64,000 nt of DNA from Spirochaetia bacterium (GTDB lineage Bacteria > Spirochaetota > Spirochaetia > SZUA-6 > Bin103), in NCBI GenBank assembly GCA_965203515.1, contig OZ241907.1:736001-800000 (forward strand), in the 5' to 3' direction. Within the stretch, counting starts at the first letter, position 1. Each line of letters starts with the position of its first letter. Positions 58,206 to 64,000 of this stretch are shown piece by piece. The position numbers and the translations under genes were made by a program. The notes below the pieces were generated by a model. The model worked only from the letters and a program-made list of their open reading frames with translations, had not been told where the DNA came from and did not search any database.

Positions 58206-59261
58206 ATGAAGAGATTATCGGTGATCGTGTTGGCGCTGGCGCTGACCGCGACCGCATTCGCTCAGGAGCTGAAAGTCGGCTTCGTCTACGTCGGTCCGAT
58301 CGGCGACCACGGCTGGACGTACCAGCACGATCGAGGCCGGCTGGACATCGAGGAGCAGCTCGGCGACCGGGTCGAGACGATCTATATCGAGAACGTGCCT
58401 GAAGGAGCCGACGCGGAGCGCGCCATCACGCGCCTTGCCCGCGAGGGCGCCGGCCTGATCTTTACGACCTCGTTCGGCTACATGGATACGACCATCAAGG
58501 TGGCCGAGCGGTTCCCGGACGTGAAGTTCGAGCACGCGACCGGCTACAAGCGCGCCGCCAACGTCTCGACCTACTCCGGGCGCTTCTACGAAGGGCGCTA
58601 CGTGATCGGTCAGATGGCGGCCCGCATGTCGGAGAGCGGCATCGCCGGCTACATCGTGTCGTTCCCGATCCCGGAGGTCGTGCGCGGCATCAACTCGTTC
58701 ATGCTCGGCGCTCAGTCGATCAACCCCGACTTCAAGATCAAGCTCATCTGGGTCAACTCGTGGTTCGATCCCGGCAAGGAGGCGGACGCGGCCAAGGTGC
58801 TGATCGGGCAGGGAGCCGACATCATGGTGCAGCACACCGACTCGACCGCTCCCCTGCAGATCGCGGAGGAGCAGGGCGCGATCGGCTTCGGGCAGGCGTC
58901 GGACATGTTCGCGTTCGCCCCGACTGCCCAACTCACCGCGGTCATCGACGATTGGGGGCCGTACTACGTCGCCCGTACGCAGGCGGTGCTCGACGGCACC
59001 TGGGAGTCGATGGATACCTGGGACGGCATCGGCCCGGGCATGGTCGTCATGGCCGACTACACCAACGTGCCGGATGACGTGGCGGCCATGGCCATGGAGA
59101 CCGAGGCGAAGATCGCCTCCGGCGAGCTGCACCCGTTCACGGGGCCGATCTACGACCAGGAAGGAACCATGGTGATCGGCGAGGGCGAGGTGCTCGACGA
59201 CGGCGCGCTGCTGAGCATGAATTGGTACGTGCGGGGCGTCGACGACAAGCTGCCGGAGTAA
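58206..59261 (+). CDS. BMP-family purine-binding ABC substrate-binding protein
   Basis: VGFVYVGPIGDHGWT, TTSFGY, SWFDPGKE, QHTDS. Confidence 0.93.
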   Translation: MKRLSVIVLALALTATAFAQELKVGFVYVGPIGDHGWTYQHDRGRLDIEEQLGDRVETIYIENVPEGADAERAITRLAREGAGLIFTTSFGYMDTTIKVAERFPDVKFEHATGYKRAANVSTYSGRFYEGRYVIGQMAARMSESGIAGYIVSFPIPEVVRGINSFMLGAQSINPDFKIKLIWVNSWFDPGKEADAAKVLIGQGADIMVQHTDSTAPLQIAEEQGAIGFGQASDMFAFAPTAQLTAVIDDWGPYYVARTQAVLDGTWESMDTWDGIGPGMVVMADYTNVPDDVAAMAMETEAKIASGELHPFTGPIYDQEGTMVIGEGEVLDDGALLSMNWYVRGVDDKLPE

Positions 59262-59348
59262 CCCCGCCCGGCAAGCCACCGGCGGCTCGGCGGCGGCGAT
59301 AGCGCCGTCACCCGAGCCGCCCCACGTCTGCAAAATGTCGACCCCGCC

Positions 59349-59870
59349 GTGACGCTCGCCGCGGTCAACGCTCTCGACGCCGCGGCGTTCACCGCCCGCT
59401 TTGGCGACGTGGCCGAGCACTCGCCGTGGGTGGCCGAACGCGCGGCGACCGCGCGCCCCTTCACCGACCGCGCGGAGATGATCGCCGCGTTCGTCGCCGC
59501 GGTGCGTGCGGCGCCGCCGGCAGCGCAGCTCGCCTTGCTGCGCGCCCATCCCGACCTGGCGGACCGGGCCGCCGTCGCCGGCGGCACCGGGGCGGACGAG
59601 ATCGCCGCCGAGTCGCGGCGGGAGCAGGCCGGCGCCGGCCTGGATCGGCTGACGCCGGACCAGTTCGCCCGCTTCGCGGAGCTGAACGCCCGGTACCGTG
59701 CCCGCTTCGGCTTTCCGTTCATCTTCGCCGTGAAGGGCGCGAACAAGGAGATGATCCTGACCGCCTTCGAGGAGCGGGTCGGCAACGGCCTGGCGGTCGA
59801 ACGCGCCGCGGCGCTGGCCAACGTGGAGCGCATCCTGCGGTTTCGCATCGAAGACCGGGTCGCGCCGTGA
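59349..59870 (+). CDS. uraD: OHCU decarboxylase
   Basis: EHSPWVA, AHPDLA, SRREQAGAGL, YRARFGFPFI. Confidence 0.93.
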   Translation: MTLAAVNALDAAAFTARFGDVAEHSPWVAERAATARPFTDRAEMIAAFVAAVRAAPPAAQLALLRAHPDLADRAAVAGGTGADEIAAESRREQAGAGLDRLTPDQFARFAELNARYRARFGFPFIFAVKGANKEMILTAFEERVGNGLAVERAAALANVERILRFRIEDRVAP

Positions 59871-61300
59871 GCGCCGCGGCCGGGCGAGTGGTGCGCGGCG
59901 CCCTGCTGAGCTACCGCGACGACCCGGTGCGGGCGGGGCCGCAGTCGGCCGTGCGGTTCCATCCCGACGGCGCGGTCGCGGTGGGCTCAGACGGACGGAT
60001 CGCCTGGTGCGGGCCGGCGGCCGACCTGCCCGATCGGTTCCGCGCGATGCCGACCGACGACTACGGCGCGGCGCTGGTGCTGCCGGGCTTCATCGACGCC
60101 CACGTCCACTTCCCGCAGTACCGCATGCTGGCCGCGCCGGGCGCCGACCTGCTCGACTGGCTGCGGCGATTCACCTATGCCGAGGAGCAGCGCTACGGCT
60201 CGGACGCCCACGCGCGGGCGGCGGCCGAGGTGTTCCTGGATCGGCTGGTGCAGCACGGTACGACCGCCGCCGTGGTCTTCTCCACCGTCCACCGCGGCGC
60301 GGCCGAGGCGCTGTTCGCGGCCGCGGAGGCGCGCGCCATGGCGATCGTGGCCGGCAAGACCATGATGGACCGCAACGCGCCGGCGGCGCTGTGCGACGAC
60401 CCGGCCGCCGGGGTGCGCGACAGCGAGGAGCTGATCGAGCGCTGGCACCGCCGCGGGCGGCTCCGCTATGCGATCACGGTGCGCTTTGCGGTCACCTCCA
60501 GCGAGGCGCAGCTCGCCGCCGCCGGCGACCTCGCCGCGCGCCATCCCGATTGCCACGTCCACACGCACCTTGCGGAGAGCCGGCCGGAGATCGAGCTGGT
60601 GGCGCGGGACTTTCCCTGGGCGCAGGACTACACCGATGTCTACGACCGCTTCGGTCTGGTCGGCGCCCGCAGCCTGTTCGCGCACGGCATCCATCTGTCG
60701 GCGCGCGCGCGCGCGCGCCTGTCGGCGGCCGGAGCGACGGTCGTGCACTGCCCGACCTCGAACACCTTCCTGGGATCGGGCTTGTTCGACCTGCGCGGCA
60801 CCAGGGACGGGGATCATGCGGTCGGCGTCGGCCTGGCGACCGACGTCGGAGGCGGCACCAGCTACTCGATGCTCCGCACCATGGGCGAGGCGTACAAGGT
60901 GGCGATGCTGCGCGGGTACCGGCCCGCCGCGCATGAGCTGTTCCACCTTGCCACCCGCGGCAACGCCCGCCGGCTGGGCCTCGACGACCGGATCGGGTCG
61001 CTGGAACCGGGCCTCTGGGCCGACGTGGTGGTGCTCGACCCGGCCGCCACGCCGGTGCTGGCCGCCCGCCACGAGCTGTCGGCGAGCATCGACGACATCC
61101 TGTTCGCCCTGGCCATCCTGGGCGACGACCGGGCCGTGCGCGCTACCTACGTCGCCGGCAACCGGGTGTGGCTCAGGCCGACCGCCGAAAGCGCCGGATG
61201 CGCCGCGAGCCGGCCGGATCGGCTCGCGCCGGTCCGGCGTGCCGGATTGGCGCGCGCCGGCATATCGGACAGACTGCGCGGCCACGGAGCAGGAGCCTGA
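59867..61300 (+). CDS. guaD: Guanine deaminase
   Basis: PGFIDAHVHFPQ, HTHLAES, FAHGIHL, CPTSN, TDVGGGT, LGDDRAV. Confidence 0.94.
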   Translation: MSAAAGRVVRGALLSYRDDPVRAGPQSAVRFHPDGAVAVGSDGRIAWCGPAADLPDRFRAMPTDDYGAALVLPGFIDAHVHFPQYRMLAAPGADLLDWLRRFTYAEEQRYGSDAHARAAAEVFLDRLVQHGTTAAVVFSTVHRGAAEALFAAAEARAMAIVAGKTMMDRNAPAALCDDPAAGVRDSEELIERWHRRGRLRYAITVRFAVTSSEAQLAAAGDLAARHPDCHVHTHLAESRPEIELVARDFPWAQDYTDVYDRFGLVGARSLFAHGIHLSARARARLSAAGATVVHCPTSNTFLGSGLFDLRGTRDGDHAVGVGLATDVGGGTSYSMLRTMGEAYKVAMLRGYRPAAHELFHLATRGNARRLGLDDRIGSLEPGLWADVVVLDPAATPVLAARHELSASIDDILFALAILGDDRAVRATYVAGNRVWLRPTAESAGCAASRPDRLAPVRRAGLARAGISDRLRGHGAGA

Positions 61301-61301
61301 C

Positions 61302-63092
61302 GTGAAGCGCGAACCGTGGCACGCGGTGGCGGCGGAGTTGGTGGAGGTCGCGGCCGGCCGGGCTGCCGCCGACGTGGTGATCCGCGGCGGGCGGTGGGTC
61401 AACGTGCTCACCCGCGAGGTGGTGCCGGGGATCGACATCGCCGTCCGCCGGGGCCGCATCGCCTGCATCGTGGAGGACGCCGGCTACTGCATCGGCGACC
61501 GCACGCGGGTGATCGAGGCCGATGGCCGGTTCCTGGCGCCGGGGCTGACCGACGGCCATCTGCACGTCGAGAGCAGCATGTGCACGATCACGGAGTACGT
61601 GCGCGCGGTGCTGCCGCACGGCACCACGGCGATCTTCGCCGACCCGCACGAGATCGCCAACGTCTTCGGCCTCGACGGCGTACGCATGATGGCGGCTGAG
61701 GCGGCGGCGGCGCCGATCAACGTCTTCGTGCAGATGCCGTCCTGCGTGCCGTCGGCGCCGGGTCTGGAGACCCCCGGCGCCCGCATCACGCCGGAGGACG
61801 TGCGGGAGGCGATGACCTGGCCCGGCATCGTCGGCCTGGGTGAGATGATGAACTTCCCCGGCGTGGTCGACGGCGACGCGCAGATGCTCGCCGAGATCGC
61901 CGCGACGATGCGCGCCGGCAAGACGGTGGGAGGCCATTACGCGAGCCCGGAGCTGGGCCGGCCGTTTCATGCCTACCTGGCGGGCGGCCCGGCCGACGAT
62001 CACGAGAACACGCGCGAGGTCGACGCCGTCGAGCGCGCGCGGCGCGGCATGCGCCCGATGCTTCGGTTGGGGTCGGCCTGGTACGACGTGGCGGCGCAGA
62101 TCACGGCCGTCATGGAGCGGGGGCTCGATCCGCGTCAGTTCATCCTCTGCACGGACGACGCGCACGCCGGCACGCTGGTCGCGGAGGGGCACATGGACCG
62201 GGTGGTCCGGCACGCGGTCGATCTTGGCCTCGACCCGCTGATCGCCTTGCAGATGGCGACGATCAATACCGCCGTGCACTTCGGCGTCGACCGCGACCTG
62301 GGCTGTCTGGCGCCGGGGCGCTATGCCGACGTCGTGCTGGCGGAGAGCCTGGACGACTTCACCGCCGGGCTGGTGATCGCGGCCGGTGAAGTGGCGGCCG
62401 AGGAGGGGAGGTTGCTGATCGACCTGCCGCCCTGGGCGCATGAGGAACGCTACCGCCGCTCGGTGCGGGTGCCGCGGCCGCTGGTGGCCGGGGACTTCGC
62501 GGTCGACGCCGGGAACCGCGAGGGGCCGGTGGCGGTCAACGTGATCGGCGTGATCGAGAATCACGCCGCGACCCGCCACCGGACGGCGACCCTGCAGGCG
62601 AGCGGCGGCAGGGTGCGGCCCGATACGGCCGGGGACGTGCTGCCGCTGGCCCTGATAGAGCGCCACCACGGCACCGGCAGGGTGGTGAACGGCTTCGTGC
62701 AGGGCTTCGGGTTCGAGGCCGCCTGCGGGGTGGCGACCACCGTCGCGCACGACAGCCACCACCTGCTGGTGACCGGGACCTGCGCGGAGCACATGGCGCA
62801 GGCGGCGAACGCGCTGGCCGGCGCCGGCGGCGGCGTGGTCGTGGTGCGCGACGGCCGGGTGATCGCGCTGGTCGAGTTGCCGATCGGCGGACTGATGTCC
62901 GACGAGCCGGCCGACGTGGTGGCCCGGAAGTCGGCGCGGGTGATGGCGGCGTTGCGGGAGTGCGGCTGCCCGCTCAACAACGGCTACATGCAGCTCAGCC
63001 TGCTGGCGCTGGCGGTCATACCGGAGCTGCGCATCTCCGATCTCGGCCTGGTCGACGTCAACCGCTTCGCGCACGTACCCGTGATCAGGTAG
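61302..63092 (+). CDS. ade: Adenine deaminase
   Basis: DGHLHVES, DPHEIANV, GEMMN, CTDD, AHDSHH. Confidence 0.94.
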   Translation: MKREPWHAVAAELVEVAAGRAAADVVIRGGRWVNVLTREVVPGIDIAVRRGRIACIVEDAGYCIGDRTRVIEADGRFLAPGLTDGHLHVESSMCTITEYVRAVLPHGTTAIFADPHEIANVFGLDGVRMMAAEAAAAPINVFVQMPSCVPSAPGLETPGARITPEDVREAMTWPGIVGLGEMMNFPGVVDGDAQMLAEIAATMRAGKTVGGHYASPELGRPFHAYLAGGPADDHENTREVDAVERARRGMRPMLRLGSAWYDVAAQITAVMERGLDPRQFILCTDDAHAGTLVAEGHMDRVVRHAVDLGLDPLIALQMATINTAVHFGVDRDLGCLAPGRYADVVLAESLDDFTAGLVIAAGEVAAEEGRLLIDLPPWAHEERYRRSVRVPRPLVAGDFAVDAGNREGPVAVNVIGVIENHAATRHRTATLQASGGRVRPDTAGDVLPLALIERHHGTGRVVNGFVQGFGFEAACGVATTVAHDSHHLLVTGTCAEHMAQAANALAGAGGGVVVVRDGRVIALVELPIGGLMSDEPADVVARKSARVMAALRECGCPLNNGYMQLSLLALAVIPELRISDLGLVDVNRFAHVPVIR

Positions 63093-63107
63093 GTAAGGGA
63101 GACGGCG

Positions 63108-63974
63108 ATGCGATTCGTTCGACAGCGGTACGGCAAGGCCAACGTCCGCGTGTTGCGCGTGCAGCGCACCGGGAACCGGCACGAGGTGCGGGAAAGCCGC
63201 GTGACGGTGACGTTGGACGGCGCGTTCTCCCGAGCCTATACGGCGGCGGACAACTCGGCGGTCGTCGCCACCGACACCATGAAGAACCTGGTGAACGTGC
63301 TGGCGCTCGCGCATCCGGATGCGGCCAATGAAGCGTTTGCTCTCGCGGTGGCGCAGCGCTTCATGGAGCGCTACGAGCAGGTGTCCGAAGCGTCTGTCCG
63401 GGTCGAGGAGACGGCGTGGAGCCGCATGCGGGTCGACGGCGTGGAGCACCCGCACGGCTTTGTGAGAGGGGAGGGCGGCACGCCGTTCGCCAGCGCCGTC
63501 GTGACCCGAACGTCGCGCCGGATCGAAGCCGGTTTCCGCGACTTCGCGATCATGAAGACCACCGGGTCCGGCTTCGTCGACTTCGTGCAGGACGAGTACA
63601 CGACCTTGCCGCCGACCGCCGACCGCATCCTGGCCACTCGCATGGCGGCGGTCTGGCGGTTCGCGGGCGGCGCGCCGGGCGACGGCGGCGACTACGGTAC
63701 GGTGACCGGCGGCACGGTCGCCGGCGCGATAAGGGAAGCGTTGCTCCGCGTCTTCGCGACCACCTACAGCCATTCGGTGCAGGACAGCCTGTACCGCATG
63801 GGCGAGGCGGCGCTCGCCGCGGCTCCGGCCGTCGACGAGATCACGCTGTCGATGCCCAACGTCCACTATCTGCCGATCGACCTGTCACCGTTCGGTCAGG
63901 ATGCGCGCGGCGCGCTGTTCCTGCCGACCGACGAGCCGAACGGACAGATCGAAGTGACGCTGAGGAGGCGATGA
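63108..63974 (+). CDS. pucL: Cofactor-independent urate oxidase (uricase)
   Basis: YGK, VVATDTMKN, KTTGSGF, SVQ, PNVHY. Confidence 0.93.
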   Translation: MRFVRQRYGKANVRVLRVQRTGNRHEVRESRVTVTLDGAFSRAYTAADNSAVVATDTMKNLVNVLALAHPDAANEAFALAVAQRFMERYEQVSEASVRVEETAWSRMRVDGVEHPHGFVRGEGGTPFASAVVTRTSRRIEAGFRDFAIMKTTGSGFVDFVQDEYTTLPPTADRILATRMAAVWRFAGGAPGDGGDYGTVTGGTVAGAIREALLRVFATTYSHSVQDSLYRMGEAALAAAPAVDEITLSMPNVHYLPIDLSPFGQDARGALFLPTDEPNGQIEVTLRRR

Positions 63975-64000
63975 TGGGCCGGCTCACGACGCACGTGCTG
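63971..64000 (+). CDS. uraH: 5-hydroxyisourate hydrolase, first codons only
   Basis: MMGRLTTHVL matches the LTTHVLD start of HIU hydrolases. ATGA overlap with uricase. Confidence 0.8.
   Translation, partial: MMGRLTTHVL

Overview
High-GC bacterial chromosome segment, probably from a spirochaete. That assignment is inferred from the infC-rpmI-rplT-zapB-zapA order and the neighbouring PilZ, TPR and tsaE-tsaB genes. Housekeeping and metabolic blocks include the translation genes, metXW, hisHF, thiI plus a cysteine desulfurase, hsp20, a 2-oxoacid/acetoin dehydrogenase E1a-E1b-E2 set, sodC and a purine uptake/catabolism operon. Two accessory regions interrupt them. (1) A ~17 kb defence-like island at ~7.36-24.7 kb. 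It holds a PtuA-like ATPase whose partner appears collapsed to a 27-codon ORF, a large type IIG/DrmMI-like methyltransferase, and two ~90% identical AAA+PD-(D/E)XK genes in direct repeat. Between those two genes sits a 3.2 kb block bounded by 133/134-bp direct repeats of a UDG-like gene, carrying a GTPase, a ~100-bp structured element, a frameshifted small gene and an ImmA/IrrE-like protein lacking HEXXH. The island also has a Uma2-like nuclease, an orphan McrB-N-like domain and an IS3 element splitting a lipoprotein gene. (2) An intact, translationally coupled three-gene module at 38.7-42.0 kb: HEPN protein, KGGVGR-variant ParA-like ATPase and a second P-loop ATPase. This module is the best candidate for an uncharacterised conflict/defence system. 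No rRNA, tRNA, CRISPR array, integrase or reverse transcriptase was recognised. All family assignments come from motif recognition by eye, not database searches.
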